NCBI GenBank assembly: GCA_963733295.1
Contig: CAVTCS010000003.1
Location: forward strand, 128,001-192,000
Direction: 5' to 3'
Source: Vulcanimicrobiota bacterium
Lineage (GTDB): Bacteria > Vulcanimicrobiota > Vulcanimicrobiia > Vulcanimicrobiales > Vulcanimicrobiaceae
DNA: 64,000 bases
Part shown: positions 19,427-29,635 of the stretch, one piece after another
Numbering within the stretch: the stretch's first letter is position 1
Layout of the letters: every line of letters begins with the position of its first letter
Notes under the pieces: generated by a model
The model's input: the letters and a program-made list of their open reading frames with translations, nothing else
Database searches by the model: none
What the model was told of the DNA's origin: nothing
Position numbers and translations under genes: made by a program

Positions 19427-19710
19427 GACCTTCTCTGTCGGGGGCGGAGGCGCAGAACTCCTGCGCCGGGTTTAGCCCAAGCTACAGACTGCGCCGATCG
19501 CGTGTTTCGTTTTGACGCGGGCAGCCGGCGTGCGGAAGTTAGCCGCGCGGGGCTAGCGCCGCTGGGTCGGCGCCTCGAGATTCGTGCGGTTGAGCAGCAC
19601 GGCTTGGCGAGCGGCTGGTGGCGAACCGCACCGGCGCCCGCGCGGCTCGGTGGCGCCCATCCTCACGTTAGCCGTGCCTTCTTGAAATATCAAGCAGGGC
19701 TAAATTAACT

Positions 19711-19726
19711 ATTAGGCGTACCTAAT
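19711..19726. promoter_or_regulatory. Palindrome ATTAGG-CGTA-CCTAAT, a SirR/MntR/DtxR-like operator candidate
   Basis: Perfect 6-bp arms ~20 nt upstream of the 19746 start; resembles TTAGG-N4-CCTAA boxes of DtxR-family metalloregulators. Confidence 0.5.
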
Positions 19727-19745
19727 TCAACGAAGGGAGTAGAAC

Positions 19746-20870
19746 TTGACCCGCTTCGCCCTACCCGGATTGGTCTTGCTTCTGTTCGTTTCGGCGCTGG
19801 CCGCCCGGCCCGAGCCTTCGCACGCGATTCCGCTATTCGCGCACCAATACGAGGTGACGTGCGACAAGTGCCATTCGGTGATTCCGCACCTCAACGAATT
19901 CGGCGCTGCTTTTGTGGCGAGCGGCTACCGGATCCCGGGCGTCACGCCGGGTCCGGCGTTCCCGCTCTCGGGGAAAACGAATCTGGTCGATTCGAGCGAG
20001 TACCAGGGCAGCGGCCCGAACGGTGCCGGGCTTCCGAAAGCAATCGTCGATGAGGTGGAGTTGTTCTCGACGGGCACGATCGGCACGCGAGCGTCGTGGC
20101 TCGTCGAACAATACGTCGTCGATGGGGGTCTGCCGGGCTTGACGCGCGATGCCTGGATCAACGACCGGATCAATCCGTGGCAGGCAAAAATTCCCGTCTA
20201 CGTGCAAGCCGGTTCGTTCACGTTGCCGCTGGCAGTCGATCCTGAAACGTTTCGCGACTCGTATCAAGGCTACACGCCGTACGAACAAACCGTGGGCTCG
20301 AATCCGTTCAACTACTTCGATCCGAAAATCGGCGCGCGGCTCGGCGTCGGAGATCCCCTGCGCGGTCTGAACGTGCAAATCTTTGCCGGCCCCGGCCACG
20401 ATCGCCAAAGCGGTCTGCCCACCGACGGCACCGATACGATGGGCCTCGTTCAGGACGCGCTCGGGCCCTGGACGCTCACCACCTATCGCTACCAAGGCAT
20501 GCGTCCGACCCCGGCGGGCCAGGACAACTTCTGGCGCATGGGTTACGGGCTCGTTTACGATCAGTGGGGCCGTTTCTCGAGCGAAACGGTGCTGCAGGAA
20601 GGTTGGGATTCGACCTGCGGCGTGTCGGCTTCGGCGGCGTGTTCGTCGAGCGGCGGTTTCACGCAACTGCGCTACGAACTCGGGCCGCGCTGGTACGTTC
20701 TCGGACGCTACGAAGGGACGAACGATACGATCGACGGGATGACTCGAGACGGCCTTTTCCTGCTGGGATATGGTCCGAGCGAAAACTCCCGGGTCACGAT
20801 CGAGGACGTCATTGCGCACGTTCCCCGAACGACGCATACGATGAACCTTCAATTTAGCGTGGCCTTTTGA
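19746..20870 (+). CDS. Monoheme cytochrome c-porin fusion, Cyc2-like
   Basis: Signal peptide, then AIPLFAHQYEVTCDKCH..PHLNEFG..F..SGY; beta-strand-rich body; C-terminal FSVAF beta-signal. Confidence 0.75.
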   Translation: MTRFALPGLVLLLFVSALAARPEPSHAIPLFAHQYEVTCDKCHSVIPHLNEFGAAFVASGYRIPGVTPGPAFPLSGKTNLVDSSEYQGSGPNGAGLPKAIVDEVELFSTGTIGTRASWLVEQYVVDGGLPGLTRDAWINDRINPWQAKIPVYVQAGSFTLPLAVDPETFRDSYQGYTPYEQTVGSNPFNYFDPKIGARLGVGDPLRGLNVQIFAGPGHDRQSGLPTDGTDTMGLVQDALGPWTLTTYRYQGMRPTPAGQDNFWRMGYGLVYDQWGRFSSETVLQEGWDSTCGVSASAACSSSGGFTQLRYELGPRWYVLGRYEGTNDTIDGMTRDGLFLLGYGPSENSRVTIEDVIAHVPRTTHTMNLQFSVAF

Positions 20871-21439
20871 TGCGAGCGCCGCGCTGGATGCTGATCGGCT
20901 GCTTCGTGGCGAGCGCCGTCGTGCCCGCAGGCGTGGCTTGCGCCGAAACGACCGCGTCGCGTGCGATCGATCCATCCAAGTCGAGCGCGCAATTCAGCGT
21001 CGAGCACATCTTCGTCTCGCGAGTCACGGGAAAAGTGCCGATCCTCAGCGGGGAGGTGAACCTCGCGGAAGGCTCGGCGATTCCGGTCGAAGTCACGGCG
21101 GTTCTCGATCCAAACGGCGTCGAAACGGGAGATCACGATCGCGACAAATCGCTCGAAAGTCCCGATTATTTCGACACGGCGAAGTTTCCGACGTGGACCT
21201 TCGCGAGCACGAAAATTGTCGCGAACGGACCGAATTCGTTTGGTATGGACGGCACCCTCACGATCCATGGTGTCGGCCAGCCGGAACACCTCGACGTGAC
21301 CGTGAGCGGCGACGCATCCAATCCGGCCTATCACGCCACCGGGCATATCGATCGGAAGGCCTTCGGAATGAAGGGCGCGCGTCTCGATCCGGTCATCGGT
21401 AACGTCGCCGACGTCACGCTCGAAATCGTTTTGAAGTAG
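20867..21439 (+). CDS. Secreted YceI-family protein
   Basis: IDPSKSS.QF.VEH, RDKSLESPDYFD, GTLTIHG, IDRKAFG; overlaps the upstream stop. Confidence 0.88.
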   Translation: MMRAPRWMLIGCFVASAVVPAGVACAETTASRAIDPSKSSAQFSVEHIFVSRVTGKVPILSGEVNLAEGSAIPVEVTAVLDPNGVETGDHDRDKSLESPDYFDTAKFPTWTFASTKIVANGPNSFGMDGTLTIHGVGQPEHLDVTVSGDASNPAYHATGHIDRKAFGMKGARLDPVIGNVADVTLEIVLK

Positions 21440-21451
21440 CCAGAGCCCTAG

Positions 21452-22687
21452 CTAGCTCCCGCCGGCTCCGGTGAACGTCTGATAAAGATAGATGCCGCTG
21501 GCTGCGGCGACGGTGGCCGTAACTGCCCAGCCTGCAGCCGCGAGCGCTGCGGGGATGGTGCGATGATGCATTATCCCGCGGTCGCGGGCGACGAGGAGCA
21601 TCAGAACCAGCGTGAACGGAGTCGCGATGCCGCCGGCGATGCCGCTGACGTACAGCAGCTTGATCGGGGTAACGCCGGCAAATGCGATCGCGAGCGCGCA
21701 GAGCGTCGCGCCGATGAGCACGATGTAAAACTTGCGAGCTTGCGCGAAGGTCGTATCCAAACTTCGGCGCCAGCCGAACATCTCGGCGGCGACGTACGCC
21801 GAAGTGGCCGCGATCACCGGCACCGCGATGACCGCCGAAGCCAGCAGCCCGACGCCGAAAACCATCGCTGCAAACGGTCCTGCCAGCGGCACCAGCGCTT
21901 GGGCCGCATCTTGCGCCGTTTCTACGACGCGGTGGTGAACGCCGAGCGTCGCGCCGGTCGTAATCTCGATCGCCCAAAAGCAGAGTCCGGCTACGACGAT
22001 GCCGAGCGCGGAGTCGACTTGTACGAGCCCGAGCCGCTTTACGGGCGGACGCTCCTCACTCAGCTCGATCGTCTCCCAGACGTAAGCGTACGCGGTCAGC
22101 GTCGTCCCGAGCAACGCGATGGCGCCCGAGACGGTTGCCGGCTTCAGGTCGAAATGCGGAACGAAACTCGCAAGAAGGACGGCGTGCCAATCCGGGCGCG
22201 ATAGAACGAGCGAGGCGAAGTACGCGAGAAAGACGAGCGTCAGATAGCGTAGAACGCGCTCGATCTGTTTGTACTTCCCGACGATCAAGACCCCGAGCAT
22301 GCTGACCGCAAAGGGGACGAGCCACCAGCGGTAATCGGTATTCGTGAGGAGTCCCAGGGCGGCACCGCCGCCCTCCAGATCGGCAGCCAGCGTGAGCACG
22401 TTGACGGCGAGGAGCGACGCGAGCGCTAAGAGCGCCCACCAGCGGCCGTAGCGCGCGCGCACGCAGTCTTCGAGACCGCGCTTGGACACGACTCCGACTT
22501 GCGCCGCGATCGCTTGCACGATTGCGAGCATCGGAATGACCAGCAGCGTTAGCCACGCGAGCCCGTAGGTGACGGTCGATCCGATGACGGCGAGCGTCGC
22601 GACCGTCGTCGGATCGTTGTCCGAAGCGCCCGAGATGATGCCGGCGCCGAATTGAAATGCCTTCGGCGGTTTCCGGCTACCCGGGAT
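21452..22687 (-). CDS. NRAMP-like divalent metal transporter; start uncertain
   Basis: Frame is open upstream of ATG 22531 and encodes FGAGIISGASDNDPTT..GSTVTYGLAW (TM1); LLGTTLTAY (TM6); no ATG/GTG/TTG before TM1, ATC at 22687 is a candidate. Confidence 0.8.
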   Translation of the reverse strand: MPGSRKPPKAFQFGAGIISGASDNDPTTVATLAVIGSTVTYGLAWLTLLVIPMLAIVQAIAAQVGVVSKRGLEDCVRARYGRWWALLALASLLAVNVLTLAADLEGGGAALGLLTNTDYRWWLVPFAVSMLGVLIVGKYKQIERVLRYLTLVFLAYFASLVLSRPDWHAVLLASFVPHFDLKPATVSGAIALLGTTLTAYAYVWETIELSEERPPVKRLGLVQVDSALGIVVAGLCFWAIEITTGATLGVHHRVVETAQDAAQALVPLAGPFAAMVFGVGLLASAVIAVPVIAATSAYVAAEMFGWRRSLDTTFAQARKFYIVLIGATLCALAIAFAGVTPIKLLYVSGIAGGIATPFTLVLMLLVARDRGIMHHRTIPAALAAAGWAVTATVAAASGIYLYQTFTGAGGS

Positions 22688-23498
22688 TGAACGCGCTCAC
22701 GGCGATTGCGCGGTTCGGGATGCGTATCTCATCCTCGACCGTGAAGCGCTCTTCGACCGTCTTCTCGACCGCTTCGCGTAAACGGCCGCGCTGCGCGGGG
22801 TCCAGGCTGTCGCGCAGCTTCCGCAGCGGAGGGGCGACGTCGAAGACGTGTTCGTAGTACTCGCTGGGGGACGCTAGCGAAAAGGTAACGTGCACGTCCT
22901 CGATGACGATGTCGCGATAACCGGCATCCTCGAAAAACTTTCGCAGCGCTACCGTATCGTGCAGCGCGAACGGACCGCCGGCCACCGGTCCCGGCTCGGT
23001 GCCGAGGTGCAGCATCGCGACGAGCATCGGCAGCGAAATCATCGGCACCTCGGGCGGAGCCCCCCAGACGGCGGCAACGAATCGTCCTCCCGGTTTCAGC
23101 TGCCGCCGGTAGTGTGTCAGCGACGCGCCGATGTCGGCTAAGAACATCAGGCCCCAGCGGCTCGCGATGGCATCGAACGGCTCGCTGCTCGCATACGCGC
23201 CGGCGTCGGCCTGCACGAAGTCCACGTTGGTGACATCTTCATGGCGAGCTCGTTCGCGCGCCAGGTTCAACATCGCGGGCGAAACGTCGATGGCGACGAC
23301 GCTGCCGTTCGGAGCGACTGCCTTGGCCAAGCTGATTGCGGGCTCCCCGAGCCCGGTGCCCAAATCGAGCACGCGATCGCCCGGAGCGACGCGCGCGAGT
23401 TCGACGATGCGTGCGGTGACCGAGCGCGCCCCGCGCTGGAAGATCGGCCACCAGCGCGACCACGCTGCTGCGACCTCGTCAAAGTTCATTTCCTGCAT
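22677..23498 (-). CDS. Class I SAM-dependent methyltransferase
   Basis: VLDLGTGLG, AIDVS, FDAIASRWGLMF, LKPGG; start reassigned to MQEMNF. Confidence 0.9.
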   Translation of the reverse strand: MQEMNFDEVAAAWSRWWPIFQRGARSVTARIVELARVAPGDRVLDLGTGLGEPAISLAKAVAPNGSVVAIDVSPAMLNLARERARHEDVTNVDFVQADAGAYASSEPFDAIASRWGLMFLADIGASLTHYRRQLKPGGRFVAAVWGAPPEVPMISLPMLVAMLHLGTEPGPVAGGPFALHDTVALRKFFEDAGYRDIVIEDVHVTFSLASPSEYYEHVFDVAPPLRKLRDSLDPAQRGRLREAVEKTVEERFTVEDEIRIPNRAIAVSAFNPG

Positions 23499-23623
23499 GG
23501 GGGAACCGTTCGTCGCGTCGTCGTCCGGCACTGCCCGGCGCGTCGTCGCCCGACGGGAGCGCTCGACGTCGGAACGAACAAACGCGTTGCGGCCGGATCT
23601 GCGCCCGGCCACTGGAGATGCTC

Positions 23624-26600
23624 GTGGCCGCAAAACCACCGATCGACCTTACCAGCCTCCTCTTTGACGCGATTTCGCGGCTGCGCTTGTCCGAACGGGT
23701 CGGTGACCTGCCCAACGTCGAATCGGCGCGCACGCGTGCCCTTCAGGGCCGGGTCAAAGGCGCCAAAGCGGTCACGAGCCTCTGCCCTTATTGCGCGGTC
23801 GGTTGCAGCACGCTGGCTTACGTGAGCGACGACGGGAAGCTGCTCGACGTGGAGGGCAACCCCGACAGTCCTATCTCCGGCGGGCACCTCTGTCCCAAAG
23901 GCTCCGCGATTTTCGGTTTAACGGTAAACGAAGCTCGCTGGACGACCGTCAAATATCGCGCACCCCACTCGACGGAATGGGAAGACCGGTCGCTCGATTG
24001 GGCACTCGACCGCATCGCCGAGAAGTTCAAAGCGACCCGCGAGCAGACGTTCGTACGCGTGGGGCACGATGGGAGACGGCTCAACCACACCCTCGGCATC
24101 GCCTCGCTCGGCGGCGCGACCTTCGGAGTTGAAGAGAACTACCTCCTCCAGAAGCTCTTCAAATCGGCCGGAGTCGTGTCGGTCGAGAACCAGGCTCGAA
24201 TTTGACATAGCTCGACGGTGCCGGGTCTCGGCACCTCGTTCGGTCGCGGCGGCGCGACGACGTTCGTCCAGGATCTGGCGAACAGCGACTGCATTCTGAT
24301 CGAAGGCTCGAATTTCGCGGAGTGTCATCCGGTCGCGTTCCGTTTCGTGATGCAGGCGAAGGAACGCGGCGCGACGATCATTCACGTCGATCCGCGCTAT
24401 ACCCGCACCGCGGCACTGTCCGATCTCTACGTTCCACTGCGGAGCGGAACGGACATCGTCTTTCTCGGTGCGCTCATCAACTGGGTGCTTCGCAACGAGC
24501 GTTACTTCAAAGAGTACGTTGTCGCGTATACGAACGCGTCGTACCTCGTGCGCGAGGATTTCAAGGATACCGAAGACCTGGAGGGTCTGTTCTCGGGGTT
24601 CAACCAAGCGACGGACACGACGCAAGAAGAACGCGATCGTACCGACCTCGGCTTCATGGGCAACGATCCGCCGAAGGTAGCGCCCGGCACTTACGATCCG
24701 GTAAGTTGGAATTTCGAGATGGAAGAGGTTCCGCGCTACGACGGGAACGGCACGGCCACGCGTGCCAAGCGCGACGAGACCTTGCAGCATCCGCGCTGCG
24801 TCATCAACGTCTTGCGCAGGCACTTTTCGCGCTACACGCCACAGATGGTCGAAGACGTGTGCGGCATGCCGGCCCACTACGTCGAGCAGATCGCGAAAAC
24901 GCTAGCCGACAACAGCAACCGGGAACGGACGACCGCTTTCGCCTACGCCGTCGGTTGGACGCAGCACTCGGTCGGCGTGCAGTACATCCGTACGGCAGCG
25001 ATCTTGCAAATGTTGCTGGGCAACATGGGACGGCCGGGCGGAGGAATCATGGCACTGCGCGGTCACGCGAATATCCAAGGCGCGACCGACATCCCGACGC
25101 TTTACGACTTGCTCCCGGGGTATTTGCCGATGCCTTCGGAGCTGCGCGACGAGCAGCACCTCGCCGGCTACATCTCTAGGGCGAAACCGACCGGCTGGTG
25201 GGCGAACATGTCGAAATACATCGTGTCGTTGCTCAAGGCGTATTACGGCGACGTCGCGACGGCCGAGAACGACTACTGCTACGACTACCTGCCGCAGGTC
25301 GTCGGCGACTACTCGACCTTGCCGACCCAAATCGCGATGAAGGACGGGAACGTCAAAGGCTACTTCTGCATCGGGCAAAACCCCGCGTCTTCGGGGTTGA
25401 ACGGGGAACTCGCGCGCGCGGCGCTGGAGCGGCTCGAGTGGATGGTGAACATCGACGCCTACGAGACCGAAACCGCCGCATTCTGGCGGCGCGAGGGTGC
25501 CGATCCCGCCACGATCGGAACCGAAGTGTTCTTCCTGCCGGCTGCGGTCATTCTCGAAAAAGAAGGCACGATGACCAACACGGGTCGGACGCTTCAGTGG
25601 CACGACCGTGCGCTCGTGCCGCCCGGGGAAGCGCGCTCCGACCTCTACCTCATCCATCAGCTCGGACTGCGGCTCAAAGCGCTGTACGCCGGTTCCACCG
25701 ATCCGAAGGACCGCCCGATCCTCGACCTCACGTGGGACTACACTCACGACGATCCGCACGAGCGCGAAAGCGGTGAGCCTTCAGCGTTCAAGGTTCTCCA
25801 CGAGATCAACGGCTACAAAGTCGAACCGGGAAAGACGCGCGACGAATGCGCCCAAGTTTCCGGTTTCGCGGAGCTCAAGGATGACGGATCGACCGCGTGC
25901 GGTTGCTGGATTTATTCCGGCGTCGCGCCCAGCAAGACGCAGAACAACGCGCGCAATCGCAAAGGCGACGACTGGACCTCGCTCGGATGGGGTTTCGCGT
26001 GGCCGGCTAACCGGCGCATGCTCTACAATCGCGCCTCCGCCGATCCGGACGGGAAGCCTTGGAGCGAACGCAAGCGCTACATGTCGTGGGACGAGGACGC
26101 GCAGAAATGGATCGGCCCCGACGTTCCCGACTTCCCCGCGACCAAACCGCCGCACCAAGCGGCGCGCCACGGCGCCGGTGGACTCGACGAGCACTCGGGC
26201 AGCGACCCGTTCCTCATGCAAGTCGACGGGAGAGCGCACCTGTTTGTGACCGGGTCGCTGCGGGACGGCCCCCTGCCGGCGCACTACGAGCCGGTCGAAT
26301 CGCCGGTGCAGAACGCCGTCTACGCACAACAGAACAATCCGACGCTACGCGAATGGTTCCGCCGAGACAATGCCTACAACGGCACCGCTTCGCCCGACTA
26401 TCCGTACGTGTTGACGACGTACCGCCTGACCGAACAGTCGGGCATCATGACGCGCTACGTCCCGTGGCTTGCCGAGTTGCAGCCGGCGCTGTTCGCCGAG
26501 ATCGATCCGGAGCTCGCGGTCGAGAAGGGCATCAAGAACGGCGATTGGGTGACCGTTTCGACGAAAGTCGGAGAAATCGAAGCGCGCGCGCTCGTCAGCG

Positions 26601-26890
26601 GGCGCATGCGCCCCCTGCGTCTCGCAAAAGGTAAGCGCGTCCACCAGATCGGCCTTCCCTATAATACCGGCTGGCTCGGATATTCGCGCGGAGACACCGC
26701 CGGCGAGCTGATCCCCCTGGCGATGGATCCCAACGTATCGATTCACGAGGGGAAGACGCTCACGTGCACGATCCGGCCCGGACGCCGCAGTGCGTACGTC
26801 GCCAATGGAGAAGTAAATCTTCCGGTGCCGCCCGAGCAAAGGACGGCACATGGGGAGTCGGTCGCGCACGGCATCGACTCGAAGGGGTAG
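23624..26890 (+). CDS. fdnG: Formate dehydrogenase alpha subunit, selenocysteine-containing (in-frame UGA 24203-24205 joins the two listed ORFs)
   Basis: CPYCAVGC..LCPKG Fe-S motif; ENQARI-U-HSSTVPGLGTSFGRGG matches the FdnG/FdoG Sec-His active site; LRGHANIQG; C-terminal molybdopterin-binding domain; GTG start after GGAG (ATG 23618 alternative). Confidence 0.95.
24213..24238 (+). promoter_or_regulatory. Bacterial SECIS element
   Basis: Stem GGTGCCG (24217-23) / CGGCACC (24229-35) with GGTCT loop, beginning 11 nt after the UGA; geometry and loop resemble E. coli fdh SECIS. Confidence 0.9.
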
Positions 26891-26894
26891 GCGT

Positions 26895-27731
26895 TTGGGC
26901 AACGGGTTTTTCACCGACACGACGCTTTGCATCGGCTGCAAAGCTTGCGAGGTCGCGTGCAAGCAGTGGAATCAGTTGCCGGCCGACGGGTACGAGTTCA
27001 GCGGCAATTCGTACGACAACACGATGGCGCTTGGAGGAACGACCTGGCGCCACGTGTCGTTCATCGAACAGAACGCGCCGCCCGAAGCGCCTCCGACCGA
27101 GAGCCGCTGGCTCATGATGAGCGACGTGTGCAAGCACTGCACCCACGCGGGCTGCCTGGAAGCGTGTCCGACCGGCGCCATCATCCGCAACGAATTTGAC
27201 GACGTGTTCATTCAGCCCGACGTGTGCAACGGCTGCGGCTATTGCGTTCCTTCTTGTCCGTTCGGCGTCGTCGATTTGATCGTGCCCGCCGACTACGGCA
27301 TTGGGCGCGGCTTCGCTTCCGACGGCCGCACGAGCGACGACGCGCTGCAGAAAGCCGGCGGCGTCGCCGGGAAGTGCACGCTCTGTTACGACCGGCAGAA
27401 GGTCGGTTTCACGCCGGCCTGCGCCAAAGCGTGCCCGACCGAGTCGATCCAGTTCGGCGACGTCGACGAGCTGAAGGCTCGCGCGCACAAACGCGTCCAG
27501 ACGCTGCAGGCGCGCGGAGTGGACGCGTACCTCTACGGCGTCGATTCCGATTCGTCGGTCGGCGACCTCAACGCGTTCTTCCTCCTGACCGATGCACCGG
27601 AGAAATACAACCTGCCGGAACGGCCCGTCTTGCCCTCGACGCACCAACCCGCGGGATATTTGAGCGGCGCGTTGGCGGCGGCAGCGCTTGCCATCGTCGG
27701 CTTCGCAATTTTCCGGCCGGACCACCGGTGA
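26895..27731 (+). CDS. Formate dehydrogenase beta subunit (4x[4Fe-4S])
   Basis: CIGCKACEVAC, CKHC..GCLEACP, CNGCGYCVPSCP, KCTLC..PACAKACP; C-terminal TM; TTG start. Confidence 0.93.
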   Translation: MGNGFFTDTTLCIGCKACEVACKQWNQLPADGYEFSGNSYDNTMALGGTTWRHVSFIEQNAPPEAPPTESRWLMMSDVCKHCTHAGCLEACPTGAIIRNEFDDVFIQPDVCNGCGYCVPSCPFGVVDLIVPADYGIGRGFASDGRTSDDALQKAGGVAGKCTLCYDRQKVGFTPACAKACPTESIQFGDVDELKARAHKRVQTLQARGVDAYLYGVDSDSSVGDLNAFFLLTDAPEKYNLPERPVLPSTHQPAGYLSGALAAAALAIVGFAIFRPDHR

Positions 27732-28711
27732 GCGAGCTCGACATTCGCCGCCTCAGTCCCGACAACGCTGCGCTCGGCGTGTCGGACGGCGCGATTTTGC
27801 CGCCGCACGCGTCCGCAACGTACTACGAGCAGCCGTTGCTCAAGAAGCCGCACTGGGGTTGGAACGTCGTCACCTATTTGTTCGCGGGAGGCGTGGCGGG
27901 AGGCTGCGGCATGCTCGCAGCGGTGACGGACGAAGCGAGTGAGGACGCACCGCTCGCGCGCAACGCAATCTACATCGCGTTCGGACTGGCAGCCGCGTGC
28001 CCGGCGCTCTTGATCAGCCACCTGGGCCGCCCCGAGCGCTTCCTGCACATGCTGCGCGTCGTAAAGTTCAAATCGCCGATGTCGCTGGGCGTTTGGGCGC
28101 TCGTCATCTTCTCGAACGTCGCCACCGCCGCAGTTGCCGAACAGGCGGCGCGGGATTCGTATCTGCCGAGTTGGCTTTGTATCGTCTTTCCGCGAGGTTT
28201 GACGCGACCTCTGCTGGGCGTCGTCGGCTCGTTCATATCGGGCTATACGGGCGTCCTGATTTCGGCGACGGCGATTCCGCTGTGGGCGAAAGGCAAGCGG
28301 CACATTCCGGCGTTCTCGGTCTGCTCGGGGCTGGCGGGAGCCTGCGCGGCCAACGCGAGCGTTCTGGCGCTGACGGGCGGCGCCGAGGGTACGATTCGGA
28401 AACTCGAGCGGCTCGAACTCATCGCATCGCTCGCCGAGGCGGCCCTGCTGGCCGATTTCAAGCGGCACGCCGGAGCTCTGGGCGCGCCGATGTATGAGGG
28501 CGCGCGCGGTGCGAAGCTGCGCAACGTTACGCTGATTTGCGGCATCGCTCTGCCGGCGTTGCTCAACGTCCTTCCGTTCCGCAGCCGCTGGAAGACCTTA
28601 GCGGCCTCCGCGCTCACGCTGGCGGGCGGCTTCGTTCTGCGCGATACGCTGATCGAGGCCGGCAAGACCTCGGCCGACGATCCGCGCGCTGCCTCGCGTC
28701 AACCCGAGTGA
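27728..28711 (+). CDS. nrfD: NrfD/PsrC-family membrane anchor subunit
   Basis: W.W.VVTYLFAGG, LGRPERF, SPMS.GVW, YTGVL; GTGA overlap with the beta subunit stop. Confidence 0.88.
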   Translation: MSELDIRRLSPDNAALGVSDGAILPPHASATYYEQPLLKKPHWGWNVVTYLFAGGVAGGCGMLAAVTDEASEDAPLARNAIYIAFGLAAACPALLISHLGRPERFLHMLRVVKFKSPMSLGVWALVIFSNVATAAVAEQAARDSYLPSWLCIVFPRGLTRPLLGVVGSFISGYTGVLISATAIPLWAKGKRHIPAFSVCSGLAGACAANASVLALTGGAEGTIRKLERLELIASLAEAALLADFKRHAGALGAPMYEGARGAKLRNVTLICGIALPALLNVLPFRSRWKTLAASALTLAGGFVLRDTLIEAGKTSADDPRAASRQPE

Positions 28712-29572
28712 ATGAAAATGATTGAAACGGGAGAGCAACTCGGCCCTTCGATCGAGGTGCGCGTCGTCGCCTACGACGGTAAGCTGCGCGCGTCGCGCTT
28801 CGATCGCGTTGCGACGGAGGAACCGCTCGAGGTTCGGTTACGCGCCGGCAGCGAGACGCGTACCGTCGCGATCACGATGCGCACGCCGGGCCACGACTTC
28901 GAACTCGCGGCCGGTTTCTTGCACAACGAGGGCATTCTCGACGAACTGGCGGCACTGCGCGGCATCACCTACTGTCTGGCGGGCGAGGCCGATGAGGAGC
29001 AGCGCTTCAACATCGTCAACGTCGATCTGGCGGCGAAGGCCTTGCCCCCGCTGGACGGTCTCGAGCGGCACTTCACGACGACCAGCGCGTGCGGTGTGTG
29101 CGGGAAAGCCAACCTCGAAGCTTTGCACTTGCGCGGGCTTGCGCCGCTCGCGCGTTCCTGGACGGTGTCTGCACGAACTCTGTTAGCGTTGCCGGAACGT
29201 TTGCGTGAAACGCAACGGCTGTTCGATACGACCGGCGGCCTCCATGCCGCCGGTTTGTTCGATCGCGACGGACAGCTCACGCTCGTGCGCGAAGACGTCG
29301 GCCGTCACAACGCGGTCGACAAACTCGTGGGCTGGGCCTTTCTCAACGGCCGGCTTCCGCTCGACGATTCGATTTTAATGGTGAGCGGACGGAGCAGCTT
29401 CGAGATCGTGCAGAAAGCGCTCGCCGCCGGCATTCCGATCGTCTGCGCCGTTTCGGCGCCGAGCAGCCTCGCGGTCGATCTGGCGCGCGAATATGGGATC
29501 GCACTCGTCGGATTCCTTCGCGGAAAACGTTTCAATGCGTACGCGCACGAGGAACGGATCGCCTTCGACTAG
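28712..29572 (+). CDS. fdhD: FDH accessory sulfurtransferase FdhD
   Basis: MRTPG..ELAAGFL, SACGVCG, TGGLHAA, EDVGRHNAVDK, SAPSSLA. Confidence 0.96.
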   Translation: MKMIETGEQLGPSIEVRVVAYDGKLRASRFDRVATEEPLEVRLRAGSETRTVAITMRTPGHDFELAAGFLHNEGILDELAALRGITYCLAGEADEEQRFNIVNVDLAAKALPPLDGLERHFTTTSACGVCGKANLEALHLRGLAPLARSWTVSARTLLALPERLRETQRLFDTTGGLHAAGLFDRDGQLTLVREDVGRHNAVDKLVGWAFLNGRLPLDDSILMVSGRSSFEIVQKALAAGIPIVCAVSAPSSLAVDLAREYGIALVGFLRGKRFNAYAHEERIAFD

Positions 29573-29635
29573 AGCCGTGTCGCGGCGCACGGCCTCGACC
29601 AAGGACTTACAATCGAGGCCGGACAAACCGAGCGC

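Noticed and set aside
19480..19680. Unassigned GC-rich gap with short ORFs and hairpins
   Set aside because: No motif, RBS-supported ORF or RNA consensus that I can support
19733..19745. AAGGGAGTAG as the start of a yybP-ykoY Mn riboswitch
   Set aside because: It is the RBS directly before the TTG start, leaving no room for the aptamer
9689..23500. Genomic island integrated at tRNA-Val
   Set aside because: Accessory-looking genes follow, but I saw no integrase and no duplicated tRNA 3' end
24203..24205. FDH alpha as a nonsense pseudogene
   Set aside because: The UGA is at the catalytic Sec position and is followed by a SECIS hairpin
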